A stretch of DNA of 62,069 bases, filler included, from Sphacelaria rigidula (Eukaryota), in the NCBI GenBank assembly GCA_964200075.2. It is 10 parts of 10 records of this genome, joined end to end, with 100 filler letters (N's around TTAATTAATTAA, not from the genome) between each part and the next. Parts side by side here need not be neighbours in the genome. Positions count along the whole stretch, not along the records: positions 37,305 to 43,421 come from CAXNAA020022114.1; positions 43,522 to 49,637 come from CAXNAA020022115.1; positions 49,738 to 55,853 come from CAXNAA020022116.1; 7 more parts are not named here. One strand, 5' to 3'. Every line of letters starts with the position of its first letter. Positions within the stretch are counted from its first letter, which is position 1. Shown here piece by piece: positions 38,169-51,652 of this stretch. A model generated the notes under the pieces. That model ran no database searches. It was not told the DNA's origin and saw nothing but the letters and a program-made list of their open reading frames with translations. The position numbers and the translations under genes are program-made.

Positions 38169-41100
38169 AAGCACAACTGTCACGGCCAGAGTCAGTTAGT
38201 ACAGCAAGGCGGTGTTCTTATTGATCGTCTTGCATAACGCAGTCCACCATGTATTTCTCAGGCAATGTATTACAGTACAGTTATGGGGGTGAATAGGGCC
38301 CGATTTTGGGCACTATATATCGGTAAAATGGACCGACCACTATCCACTGCAGAAAAAATGACCCGTACTCGAGCCAATCGTATCAATCACAAATACACAC
38401 GTCATCTCCAAATAACGATCTCGCTCATATGAAATTAAGTCTAACTTCAGTTTTATATTTACAAGCCCGTGAGTGGTCGGTGTCGCGGAAATGTAGATGC
38501 TCCGGCGACTGCACTGATATATTGTTCTGTGCTTGTATCGTTTAGCTGTTGCACTCAGGAAGCACACACCCACTATGGACCACCCCACATTCACCATCGT
38601 TCTCAACACCAGCAGTCAAGAACACGAAAAGTGGCAGCAGTTGCGGCCGTCACCCACAACACCAACCCCATTCAACCCTTTTACTCACATACCGTAAAAA
38701 CGACGCAACACAAAATATTCAGACAATGAGCACAAGTGTTGCGTATCGTGGAACAAGTGAGAATGGTGTAGACGACGTTGATGAAGATAAAGCGATTCAC
38801 GCGGTGCAGCTGGGCTACTCATTGCATATCCTGCACCTTTCTGGGATGGCGGGTTTGGAGAGCAATTACTTCATGGGCCCCATGGGCTCAGGGTCGTGGC
38901 ACGAGTGGAAGGAAACACTTTCGTGTTCTCCACTCCTGGAAGCAAACCGTCAACGGCAAACTCCACCTCCGACACAAGACACAAGACGTTTGGAGCTATC
39001 AGCGTTGAACCGTCACGTTGCATTTTGTGTCATGCCGACCAACACGGCAGCGGAAAAGGAGCGCTGCGTAATCAAGGCCCCCACATATCCGTTTCATATT
39101 ACATCGGCATAGAACAAGTGCTGGAATGCGCATGTTGGCGCAAATGCCCTTGCTCATTTTTGCTTTCCAGTATATAGTCCCGAACCAAGCATTTGATCGA
39201 AACTGCAACTTGCCAACCGCGATGTTTACATATTACTGTTAGTGTCCACAGGCGGCAGTGGCAACAAACATTATGGCTGCTGCTATTAGTCAGTGAAGTG
39301 CGGTACACCGACGATGGTCAAAACCGCTCTTCACACGTGGGTTTCTGCGCTTGATCCGTCCGACGTACGCTCAAGCGACTTTCATGTGTGACCTTGCCCA
39401 CTGAAATTCGAGAGGTGAGGGGTACTTGCTGTTGAAAAGCAAAGTTGCTTTGCATAGCCACACAGAGGGAACCAGCACGTAGCTTGTTATCAATGTACAC
39501 AAGCAGTAGTGACAGCACATTCCCTCCAATTTTCGTTGGTGGACAGAGGCAACTGCGCAAATATCCCGCCTGTCCAGTCTCATAGTCTGCTTCTCTGTTA
39601 TATTGATATCAATGTCCAAGGCAGTAGTGACAGCAGACGTCACAGCTGTTTTCGGTCTGTCAAAGGCAGTGCACCGAACATAAAAAAGACTGCACTTGAG
39701 ACCCTGGCTTGTGCGCTCGACAGCGTAGACACAACACAGCCGGTTTTGATCAGAGCAAACTATATGGTTCATGGCACTCTATGTTGGGAGAATAAGTTGC
39801 CCCTTGTACACAACGCACACAAGAAATAAGCACCACATGGCAGAACGGAAGATGCATACACATACCCTGAATAACGAAGCTTGCCCTATGTTGCATTGTT
39901 CACATCTTGTTATTAGTATTCACAGTCAGTTACGGAAAACATCATCGCTGTCTCCCGACTGTGAAAGGATCAAAGGATCGCAATGAAAATTGGACGCACC
40001 GGCTTAGCTTATGCGCTGGACCCAACACTCTGACAAGAAATAGACGCGCCAAGCTTTGCGGTGACCGCGTTGAGTTATTTTTCAGCTTTCTTCGCGCGTT
40101 GAGGCGCCGCCTTGACCTTTCGCGCGACCCTCAAGGCACAGGATAAGTCTTGACCGTTTTTTTCCTTGTACTTCGTCCATGCTGCGCGGAAGTTCGCTCT
40201 TTTCTTGAGTTTCGAAACACCGAGCTTTTGGGAATTTCCCTTTTCACGTCGATAAACGCTGCTGTCCCTGAAGCCGCAAGTGCCGATTTTTCAACGCAGA
40301 TACCTCGGCAACGAAGCAGAAGATTGGAATGCGGTTTGATGCGTGCACTTCCCACACACCAGAACTTCTCAGTGCCGCGGCGGCTTTCCGTAACGCGTGC
40401 CGGGGAGCCCGCAGCACTCAGCAAACCGCCAGAATGTACTAAAAAACGCCTTCTCTTCGATGTTCGGGGGCGTTTCGGCTGTGGCGATTCGAGCAAATCC
40501 GCCGCGGCACTGAAAATATCTGGTGTATGCGCGGGGGGCTGTCAAGTGCCACAGGCCGGTTTGCTTCCTGTCTCGAGAACTATGCGATGAAAACAATACA
40601 GCTGTCGCATACTAAACCTAGGTAACTTGGGGTGGAGCGTGTGCTCTGCTCGGCAAAGGGTTCGGCACAGGTCCGACCAGTCAATGACGTCTTCAATACG
40701 TCTTCAATATCCCTCCGCGTTCATATATTTTTTGTTGACAACGGAGTTTTGGTCGGCAAGGCCTTCATTCACCCCCATAACAGTAGTACAGAACGACAGT
40801 CAGTACGGACCGTACACCACGACACGACAGCAAAGTGCTGCGTCTCTCTCGCGCACCCCAGACATTGAAATTTATTCACACACCTTGTAGAGAACGATGA
40901 ACACTGCTTTTCCAATGTTGATAGCGTTAATCACGTGAGAAGGGCTACTTGAAAAAAAATGTTGAAAAACGTGCTGTTGAAAAAGGTCTTTTTTTTATGA
41001 CGTTTTTTTACATATGAAAAGTAGCCTCATGCCAAAATAAAAAATCGGAACAGAATCTGACATAATTTTGCCCCAATACGCACGCACACACTGCGCAACC

Positions 41101-42139
41101 CCAGATTCAGCAAGATGGGGTTGTTGTCCGTTGTCTACATGACATGTGGCCGAAGTTTCAGCGCGTAAAAGTACTGACAGCGCTTGCACGGCCATGCCTC
41201 CTGAACTGAGCATCCCAACAGGCGACACCAAGATAGATACCGCGTATAATGACATCATCCAGGGTGTGCCCATACGGATTGATGTTCGTTTGCCGGGGCA
41301 GGAGCCACCCAGCAGGTCATGCTGTGGAAGTGAGCGCATCTGCATGTCAATATATGCATCCACTGACGTCTCACGCAGTCTGGGCCGAGGGGACTCCGCT
41401 TTTAGGGCGTATCGATGGCATTGCCCAAAATCCGTATTTTGCTTCGTGCGTCTGGCGCACCACGTAAAACGTGCCGCTGATCCGGGAATATGCTGTCTGT
41501 GTTGTGGTCTACCTCTGTGCCAAGTTTCAGGCTGGTTCGTTTTGACACGGCGGAGAAATCCATAAGCAAAGTAACGCTCGACTTGTGCTGAAAATACATT
41601 GCTAAGCCGTCGAAAGATAGATGAGGTGCGTATGATTTTTGTACGTGGGCATCCTGGCATTTGAGTTGCATTTTATTTTTGGCGCAAGACGCAATACTGT
41701 ATTTTGCAACTCATTTGCAACTCGTTTTCTTCATGTGACTGGAGAAACGTCCCCGCATTTTAGTTTTTCGAAAGGCTCTGATTGGTCGAAAACGTTGCAA
41801 CCCATATTTCTGCCCCTATAAGCGGGCCCCATGCCAACAACTGAACCACCGGGGCGACCGATCAGTGTGGCCCAGACCAAAAGTAAGCACTATCGAGACA
41901 TAGACCAGGTCCATGCCAATCCTTCGGCACCGGCCGTAAATGTGGCGGCTCATGTACAAATATGTCAGCAGGTGGGGTAAAATGATACATGAACAAACCA
42001 TCAACACAAAGTAATCGTACGCCCCCTTCCCTCCACTGTGGCAAAAAGCTGCTCCATGTCTACTTACAAAAATATTTCATACGCCGGAAGAGCACGAGTG
42101 AGAATGACTCGTGGCACTTGCACTCGTTGGGCTTATCGT

Positions 42140-43421
42140 TGGCCGTAAAAATCAACAGAGCGAGCACTCGAGTCATTGCTCGTTGGCCGTAAAAATTAAC
42201 AGAGCGAGCACTCGAGTCATTGCTCGTTGTGGAAAAAAGTTAATAGGACGAGCACTCGAGTCATTGCTCGTTGTGGAAACAAGTTAATAGGACGAGCACT
42301 CGCGTCATTGCTCGTTGTGGAAAAAATCGACCCCTTTGGGAGCGGGCCCCCAGAACGACCAATGAGGCTGGTCAGGAATGACGTGTCTGACGTCTACACG
42401 AAACAGTGGCATGTTGCTGGAAATCCGCGTATGTAATCGCAGAGTTATGAGGAAGACCGAAAGTGCCATCCAATCTATTTTCAGGTGCATGGTGCGTGTT
42501 AGGTAATGTACATCTGATGTAGCAAGCAGTATGGGTCGCCGGAGAGAGCTTTCAACAGGATGCGGCGACCGACGGGCCGCCCACCACTTGTGGCCTTCGA
42601 TGATAAGAATGTTCCCATCACCTTGCCACACAGCCCTTTGTGGTCGGGGTGGACCGCCATTCCCCTCTTTGTTGCATGCGACAATCTTCTCTTCGAAGGG
42701 TATAGGCGTTGCGGCGCACATACCGTACAGTACAGTAACTGCAGTACGCCTCTCCGACTGCAGCAGCAACTGCCGCTGCATACTCCCTTGCACGTTCTGG
42801 GCAGTTCTCAGCGACGGAGATCAGCTACCTATACACAGCTTGTTCATCACCGCCCACTAGATACATGTTCACGCAAGTCATCGGCAGAGGGATAAGCAGA
42901 AATCGTGACGGTAGCTCCTTTAGTCTTTCCACGGCTCACCTGGGTTTAGTGCCTCGTGAAAATGACCACATTGTGGCATGTACACTCCTTCCCGGTTTTC
43001 CCACTCCACCCTGTGTTAGTGTAATTACTACGTTTTAGTGAAGGCTAGCGACCCCAACCCCCCCCGGGAAACCCCGGGAACGCTATACTGAATGCAAGTA
43101 ATATCATAAGCCATACTCCGAGCACCCTAGCTTTTAGAAACCTGGGAAGCCTCATCTGGGCCAGGGATAGGCCCCCATACTATCTTTGCGGTGACATCAC
43201 ACACGGCGGCAGTCCCCGCGCTGGTCGTTCGGGTCTGGTCGATAAATTCCGCCTCGTCGTGACTGGGCAGGTCGCTCCCTGACTTATTTTTTACTATTTC
43301 ACTGACACATGGTCAATCCCGTGTTAGTAGGAGGTCGGTCCCATCCAAAAGGGTTAATAGGGCGAGCACTCGAGTCATTGCTCGTTGTAAAGAAAAGTAA
43401 TGACTCGAGCACACGAGTCAT
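42140..43421 (+). repeat. 44-bp tandem array (GAGCACTCGAGTCATTGCTCGTTG...TTAATAG), interrupted at 42331-43353
   Basis: Units at 42162, 42206, 42250, 42294; array resumes at 43354-43390. Confidence 0.88.
42331..43353. mobile_element. Degenerate piggyBac-like insertion, ~1.02 kb
   Basis: CCCCTTTGG...CCAAAAGGG termini; right flank TTAA, left flank TCGA at the position of the array's TTAA; Cys-rich relic (RTCKGVC...LYCTVC) on minus strand. Confidence 0.55.
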
Positions 43422-44967
43422 NNNNNNNNNNNNNNNNNNNNNNNNNNNNNNNNNNNNNNNNNNNNTTAATTAATTAANNNNNNNNNNNNNNNNNNNNNNN
43501 NNNNNNNNNNNNNNNNNNNNNCAATCAGATGTTCTACACAACTCAGTCGATACTACAGCAGCAGCTATCACAAACAGCTGGCGCCGGAAGGCACGGCCTG
43601 TGCTGTCACGAGACTATCTGCTGCTGCGGTTGCAAAAATATCAAACGCCTGTTACCCTCTCATCTTACGTCAATGTACATACGTCACTTCCTACAAATTC
43701 GGGGGGCCTTGATATCCCCCCGATCTGCGTTCAGATTCTGGGAAAACCGTTTTCAGATTGTGACATACGAATCTGAGCTTGCCCGATATGGGGAAAATTG
43801 GGGGCCATAAAAGGCGTTTCCCGATTTGAGTTCCCCCGATCTGCGTACAGATCGAGTTCTGTGACTGCCATAAAGAATCGTGTAATGAGGTTCTCTCGAT
43901 TTTGGACGTTTTGAAAAACATATTCGTATGGAAGCGGTAATTTGCAACTTGGAAAGTTAGGCGCTCAAACACAGCGCCGTTGGCGACTGATGATGCTGCC
44001 CCTTGACGTTGTGCAGGTTGAGGCCGAAGGTAGGTGCTGACGCAGCAGTTTCGGCGACCCAAGACGTGTTGTGCGCTGCGTATGTTGAAAGGATGATCGT
44101 GTACGATACTGCAACCGCTTTCGGAACATTCATCACTTTCAAATGAAAATCGCACTAATCGTGATACCAAATCGGCGCGGAGGCAGCGGCAGATCTCACG
44201 AGGGTTGTCATTTATTTTGTCGACCGCTTATCGGTCTACGCTTACAGTAACATAAGTAATAATAACCACTCAGTGTTCGCCGTGTCTCTTAGGTTGATGC
44301 CTTTGCGATGTATACGCCGTCTCGCGCAAGACGCGGTCGTACAGCCTAGCCGAAGATATCAGTGTCTCCCGCCAAAGCTCACTGTAAAGTTCTTCGGGAA
44401 GGGCGTAACGTCGCCTTAGTATCAGACTTTCCCAGTCGGACATCACGATAGTCTGACGGCGACGGGGGCGGTTTCTTTTGTCTTCTATCGGAATCAACCT
44501 GCAGTTCTTGTAGAGGACGCTCCCACGTGAACATCTGGAGGTTTCTCCGACAGTCGGGTGATCGATCTCTTGCGGATTTTTTTCATGTCTCACTTGGTTT
44601 CAGTATAGAACAAAAGTGCGACTTGCGCGGATGGATCGCGGGTGTCCCAGCAGGGTCAAGGCGTGGTTCGCGTCGTACAGTCATTGCAGTAATCGTCGTA
44701 TTGCCGGCTCGAACGATGCAGTGGTAAATTTTTCGTGTATTCTCAGCATGTGAGGTTGTTTGCAGCGCCACTTTCTCGTGCTGATGTATGTGGGCATCTC
44801 TCTTCCAAGGACGTGTGCGCCTCTAACCTCAGCACATTTCACGCTGCGGAGCATGGCCGTCTCACATGTAGCCCGCGCCTCAGATAGTAAGAATTTTTGT
44901 AGGGGTCGTCAAGAACGGGACCTTTTTTTGAGACTTTTTCAACTCTTGCAGGACATTTTTCATCTTG

Positions 44968-45459
44968 GGCCGCGTCTTACGGCAAGCAAGAATAAAAAAT
45001 CTGGAAAATTGACGTCTTGGAGCTTCTGCGTCGTTTTATGCCCTAAAAGAGAGCTAAATAGGCGGCTTTGGACACCTTGGAATGCCTTCCTGCACTCGCT
45101 GAGACGGTTCCAGCACACTTGTGCGTTTCCCCAGAGGGCGCACTTCTTGTCTTGGCCAAACTTGCATTTTGCTCGAAGGCCGCTCATTTATTTTCAGAAA
45201 AACTTCGGTAATTTTTCTGCACTTGACCGATGTCCGAGAAAAATGGGCGGTCTACGAGAAAAACGCAAGTTTGGCCAAGAAGAAAACTGCGGCTACTTAG
45301 AAAATGCACAGACGTGCTGAAACCGTCTCAACGAGTACAGCAAGGCATCCCAACGTGTGTCAAAATCCGCCTAGCCCTCTTCGATGGTGCCAAACGACAC
45401 ATAAGCTCGAAAACGGCAGTTTTACAGATATTTCTTCTAGTTGGCCATAAGCAGCAGTC
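44968..45459. mobile_element. Older Harbinger-type fold-back MITE related to 138-615
   Basis: Shares TCTGGAAAA, GCCCTAAAAGAGAGC, TTGGACACCTTGGAATG, ACTTGACCG; imperfect palindrome; flanks TTG/TTA. Confidence 0.75.
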
Positions 45460-48182
45460 TTATCGAGAGAGAAATGCTGAAAAATAGATCCAACACTAGA
45501 TTTTCCGAGTAGTATATGTCTTCAGTCCTATTATAGATTGATCTCTTCCTTGACCTGGTCGAGAAATATGTTGCCACATTTGTCGGGAGGAAGTTTTTTT
45601 TTCGAAAATATCGGAACAAGTCTGAAAAAAAACAGCCCTGTTAATTACGACTGTAATGGTAAATGACCGAGTGCGTCAATTAAACTAGTTATTTGAGATT
45701 TGCTATTGGTCCCCAGAAACGACCGGCGGGTATGAAAAGATTCTAGTCGGATGTGTGCTTGTGTACGAAAGAAAGTAGGTTGTTGAAGCCTTGATCCAGT
45801 TCCCAAGTCGGATGAGGTCTGTATCTGATTAGCCGCGTGTACCCGCTGCTACTACAGTTTTGATTGGCCACAGCATGGCGCGTCATGCTGATTTTGTATT
45901 ATGACAAGGTTGTAAGCGAGGAAGGAGGACGTGTTGGTAGAACAGCGAACCAAGCTGCTGCTGCCCACCTCCTTCACTCGACCTACCGACTAGTCTGCAG
46001 GCATCAATTGGATATAAGAAGAGCTATTTTACCCATCACCTACCACCTTCGGTCTCTCCTGCCTTCAGTGTCGCGAGCTCACAGCCTTGACGTGAGTCTT
46101 CAGCTGTGCTGTACTATCCCCCTTATCCACGATTCTTATTTGTATTCAGGCTTTGGGCTGATGATTCTTCCCATACAGCTGGTTGATTGAAAGAGAACGA
46201 ACCCTCAGTTTGATATTTCGAGCCGAACGCAGGATCAGCTAGTCACATTCTCATCTATCTCGGGGTGTGGCTTGCTTGTTAGTGCTTACCGTTACACTCA
46301 TGGGGCTTCAGAGGCAGCTTGTTTCATTCAAGCAGTAGGGCTTTCTCTCTCGTCGGCCGCTATTCACGCAGCAGCCAAACACAAGCTCAGATCTGTTTGT
46401 TTGTTTTTCAAGTCCTGTATTTTCGGCCTTTGATTTTCACTTGATATTTGTATACACTATTTATCGGGTGATCAGCTGTTTTTTTTCGAAGGAAGCTGCC
46501 TCCTTTTCCACTTCGGGTTGACGAACTCTCAGACTCGGGTCTAGCTTCAGGTCTTCGATGTGTCATACAGTATCCACGCTGGTTTTTGGCGATGGCGACG
46601 GGACCATCAGGGGCTTGAGGTACACGTACACTCGATCTGAACTGCGGTTTTCCTTTTCATATTTCACCACGGGCGGTTCTCAAAAACAAAAGAACCGCTT
46701 ACATGTTCTGCGTTTCAACACGCCCCTCACGGGCCCGTGGAATTTCCCAAGATTCCCGAAGCCAACACCCCGCCAGTGCCCCCGCCAGTGCCCCCGCTCA
46801 CCTCTCGTCAACTCTGTATCAACCGTACCGGCCGACATGCGTCCCGACACACGCCGATCCATGCTTGCAGGTAGGGAGCACGCGGGCTATTTTAATCGCA
46901 GCCGCTGTGCAGACGACTTCTCTTGCCCAAACACGGAACGTTGAACTCACCATGTACACAGAACTATATCGATATGACATTGGGCCAGATATACAAGATT
47001 TTGTCTGTACACGAGCATCATTGAACACGGCGAGGCGCGAGGCTTATGTTACTTGTACACAAGCTCTCGACTCTGTACTCGTTTCACTTGCATACGGCAC
47101 CAGGGTACTCTACAGTTTGATTGCCGCCCCACCAACACGCACTGTAGTGCATACTTGATCGTCCAGAAGGTCGCGTGCCTTTCGCGTTGAAATGTTGTTC
47201 CGAATTGAAGTACTGACGCCAGTACAGTGCCGTTTGAATTACAAATGGTCTCGGTGGGCAATAAGTTGCGGACGGTGAGGCGCCGTGCTGTAGCATACGT
47301 TGGTACTGCTGCACTATCTGAACGAAGTAATCTATATTGTATCGTAGATATGAACACGACGCAGGTATAGCACTGTGCCGGGTGTCCTTCGTGTGGTACG
47401 AACGAATTGATATTGGACCTGTACCATTGACCCGACCCTCCGCTCCACCACCCGAATATCATACGTACTGTACTGTGCCACCCAGCATTTACTGTCCGGT
47501 ACTTTGTGCATTGCTGTTTGTACTGCAATACATATCTATATTGCGATTGTGCGTGTCCATCTTTTTATTATCTACCTGTACGATGTACGTCACCAAGACC
47601 CCAACTCGGCTATTTTCAGTGAACTAGGCGGTGCCGTTATATGAGTATCGTCAGCTGCGCTGATATTGCCTCTGGAAATACGATACGGCATCCGACAGTT
47701 TTTGTTTTTCTCAACCTCAACATGTCCTCAAAACTGAACTGGACGGTTTCACGTTGCTGTTGCGCTGTTCACAGTCACACCTTTCTCTTCATGACGTGCA
47801 GGTTCGTCAAAGGCGCTGTTGCGGTGTTGACAGTCACGGTATGTCTGATTGTGATCACGGTCGTTTTCTTCTTGTCTCTTTGCTGTTACAGTTTATCCAC
47901 CACACACACACACAAATACTGGTTGTTGTGTGCCTTCGACATTTGTTTTTCCTTCGTCTGCACCTGATTAAAAAGGTGTTAGATCGCATGCATGTGCGGA
48001 GAGCGCGGAACTACATGTCGATTGAGACTGTCGACAGTACCCCGCCACTCTTTTTCTTTTTCTTTTTGTTCACGCCGCCTCAGTCCTCAACAACTATTCT
48101 CAATTCCACGACGAAACGTTCACTTTTCAACCCCTGCATCTCTACGCTACCGGTCTGGTGCAATTGCGCAGGTGTACAAGCC

Positions 48183-49065
48183 ATGTCTAATATCAACCGA
48201 CCTTCGACTTCATCGGAGCACGATGTCACGAAGGACGGTGCGCTCCCTACAGACAGCGATAAAACAACTGTACGGTCACCCATGCGGAATGAGACGGTTG
48301 CAAACAACAATCCGGAACGTTTCGATGTCTATGATAGCGTTCTTGCAGGGCACATTTTCAGAGATGTGGCTGAAAATTTCGATGAGGACCGTAGTTCTCC
48401 TCCCCATGCTCACCCCCCCTCCCTCAGTGAACATACCACTACACACCAAGCAGTCACCCAAAGCGCTGACGGCATTCCCACTTTTCTTTCTCATATAGCA
48501 TCTCTCCACGTGAGCCCTGATGCTTCGAAAACCTTCCTTGACGATGATCTCCGCACCCAAACCGGTGCTGAACCCTCTGATCGCCCCAGTCTGGCTTTTG
48601 ATACGCCGCCCAAATTGGAACAATCCCTGCCCACGCGTGACGAAACACACGACCGGCTTCGGCCAAAGCGTCCAGGCTTCATTCCCCCGCGCCATTGGTA
48701 CAACGTTTTCAGTGGCTGAACAAACAGCGTGCTGGGATCAGATTCCCAGCAACGATCTAGCACAGATTGAACTTGAGCACAGAGAGTTGGAATTTGCCCG
48801 CCTACAGGTATTTACGAGAGTCCAGGAGCCCGCTCAGGCCTCCCATAATGTAGATATCCACCCAGAGAAAAAGCCAACGGAACAGAATGAACTAGAACGC
48901 GCGATACGCGAATCCACGAAGGCTCTGGAAATCGCGGAGCAAGAACATGAGCTACTGACAAAAAGACACTTGGAAGCTTCGCGTCATTTTGGACTATGTT
49001 GGCAAGTCTGGCAATCACAACTGCGTTCGTACGGTCGCCTGCTCCGCCCCAGAAGCGACAACTGA
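48183..49065 (+). pseudogene. Frameshifted intronless ORF (48183-48719, continuing in another frame to 49065); low-complexity N-terminus, coiled-coil C-terminus; probably TE-derived
   Basis: Two long overlapping ORFs; ...PGFIPPRHWYNVFS then AEQTACWDQIP...ELERAIRESTKALEIAEQEHELL; no domain recognised. Confidence 0.45.
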
Positions 49066-49737
49066 TTCACCGCCTGACTCACCTGACCTGGCACACTTTA
49101 AACCACATGCACCGGCCCACTCACAAAACGGTACACGTTTACTATTGAGATAACTAGTGCTGTGGCTGTACCCCGCCAGGACGGTACCCACACAACACTG
49201 ATGCTCACCTCACAACTTGGCTACCTTTTGGGAACGTTCTACAAGTCCCGGGAAATTTCAAATAGCATACAATGGGGTTTCGCCGACTCATGGACGTTCG
49301 CATCCTAGTCATGAAGGCACCTCAATCGTGTGTTCGTCACCAGTCGAACAAAGTGTTACGCAAGGGGACTCGTCTCCTAACTCGACCACGTTGGCCCCTT
49401 TCATAGACGCCGGGTTGAACAGTCCAGCTTTACCACCCCCGCGTCCTGACGAATCGTCTCCAAAACCTCCCATGTTGGCCCTAACTAGTGAGGGTATTGA
49501 GTTGATTGGCGTATCATACTCAACCCCGTGCCCCGATGAATCGTCTCCTGTTCCGACCAAGCTGGATAAAACAACAAATTGTGAGAATTGAGGTTTAACT
49601 TCGAGATGAGGCTCAAGCCTAAAACAGTGCTTTCCCCNNNNNNNNNNNNNNNNNNNNNNNNNNNNNNNNNNNNNNNNNNNNTTAATTAATTAANNNNNNN
49701 NNNNNNNNNNNNNNNNNNNNNNNNNNNNNNNNNNNNN

Positions 49738-51643
49738 CCTGAACCAGACAAAATTTCGCGAAAAAAGTGCACCCCTACCGTAGCATTGCTCTACGGCAAA
49801 CTGGTGATCAACGCGCAGAGCCTCTTGCAACCGAGCCAAGATCGCATTTTAAAAATGCGTGGCGGTATCACTCACCCACACACGGGGCACCCCCAAAGTT
49901 TTGCACCAATTCAGCCAAGACGCAGCAGTCGATTCAGCAGTGCACACTGCTACTGGTTCCAGAGCCACAAAGTTGCTCAAATCATCCATGAGTACCAAAA
50001 TATCTCAAAACCCCGCATCCTCCGACAAACCTTGGAAAGCTAGCGGGCTACTCTCGCCCACGTGCAAGAAGTCAAAATGAACGACTTCATTCGGCGTGGT
50101 CCCATGGACCGTTTCACCGAGCGGGCAGGGAACAACATCGCCCGCCCTCGAGTCAGCACAGTGAAGACACTGGCGGACATATTCGTGCACATTAGTTTCT
50201 ATCCCCTGCCAGATACAAAACTCTTGTAAGCGCACGAGCGTCGCAGCCACACCACGGTACCCAGCGTCGCGCATGTGCGCGCAAATCATCAGACGTACCT
50301 GCACCTGCTTGTCAGAACTCGGGATCCATAAAACGTTTCGGCCACGCACATGCACACGAAACAGACCTTCTTATCCAAGATAGCAGTACCAACGTCCGAC
50401 TCGTAAAATTGCACATCCGCCTCTTCGGCCCCAAGGTCTTTCCGTTGCGCTTGGTGGACAACAGATTCCCAACGCATCTGTGAACCCTTGAAATTACCAC
50501 TAAGAAAGGCCAGCGGTTCATGCGTCATGTCTTCAACCGGCAACCGTTGTTGCGTTTCTGCATCAGGCACATGCGTTACAAAACTACCCCAATTGCACTC
50601 AAATGCATCCGGAAACATTGACACCTGACAATCAGGACGAGGATGGAGCAGCGTCACGGCATGAGCCACCAGATCCTTCGCTGCCGCTCACGCCTGCAGC
50701 CTGCCCTCCGTCCACGATGCAGCCTCCTTCGGAAACCCTATATCCAGACTGGACCATCCCGCCTGAAAATTCCGTAACACCAACCCGAGCGCCAAAAGAG
50801 CCGCCATGCATAATGCCAACCAACTTGACTTCACTGGATCCTACCGCCGCGGCTTCGTCTTCACCGCGGACGCCCCAGGTTTCGGCTGAACACGCATGGG
50901 CTCCACCCCCGCAGGGGAGTCACCCCGCAGCGCACGACGAAACGCGTTGACGCGGCAGTGCAATATACCGCGCAGGCGCTCCGCTTTTGAGACTCCGAGG
51001 CTTTTCGCCCCAGCATCCGTCACGCTCTCCTCCAGCTCGACCTTCCGAGCGGACTCCTCTTCCGCCGGATCAATAATATCTCCGGGCCGCGCTCTGCCAA
51101 GCGTTCCACCGCCTCATCACGCTCCTCGGACACCTGCCCCCCCGCCTCCTGGAGAGTGTCAACCGACAAGCTCACGCTTCGACTGACCAAAAAGGCAGGC
51201 GTCTCGACACTCGAACCGGGCGACGGCATTTGCGTTTCGAGGGACTCTAGCAGCCGATCATACGGATCGACTCCGAGTCCCCGAAGCGTCGGTAGGCCCA
51301 ACAGAGCGACACCATCCGTCCCCGGCATGATCGCAAACGATATTGGGGGTCATTTTGCTGGCCCCCAAGTAGTCAGGAACGCCAACTGTAGGAGAATCGT
51401 ACGCTCCGTCACATTTATACGTTGCCCCGATGCAGTGATGGCCTACCGCGCCCTGAGCGAGGACGGAATTCGGATTTTCTCACCGGGGAGTAGACGCTCC
51501 AGCACCTCCACAATTAACACGGACAAGCTCGTGAAGTGGGCGCCTGAATCCAACACTGCGTTGACCGATATAGCTCCCCGCGCCCGTTGGTCGGGGAGAT
51601 GTGACTCGGCAGGGACATAATTGTCTTGGTCCTCGACTGGCAC
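49738..51643 (-). pseudogene. Ty3/Gypsy pol relic: protease, partial RT and RNase H, integrase
   Basis: VLDSGA protease; MFPDA...PLAFLSG RNase H; CAHMRDAGYRG...VRQCLHC integrase zinc finger; PNEVVHFDF core; RT palm absent. Confidence 0.92.
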
Positions 51644-51652
51644 CTGCTCCGC

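Noticed and set aside
40100..41660. Possible hAT transposase relic (SAQVERYF...SKRTSL) and basic coding-like stretch on the minus strand
   Set aside because: Needs several frameshifts and no matching TIR/TSD pair was found; too weak without a profile search
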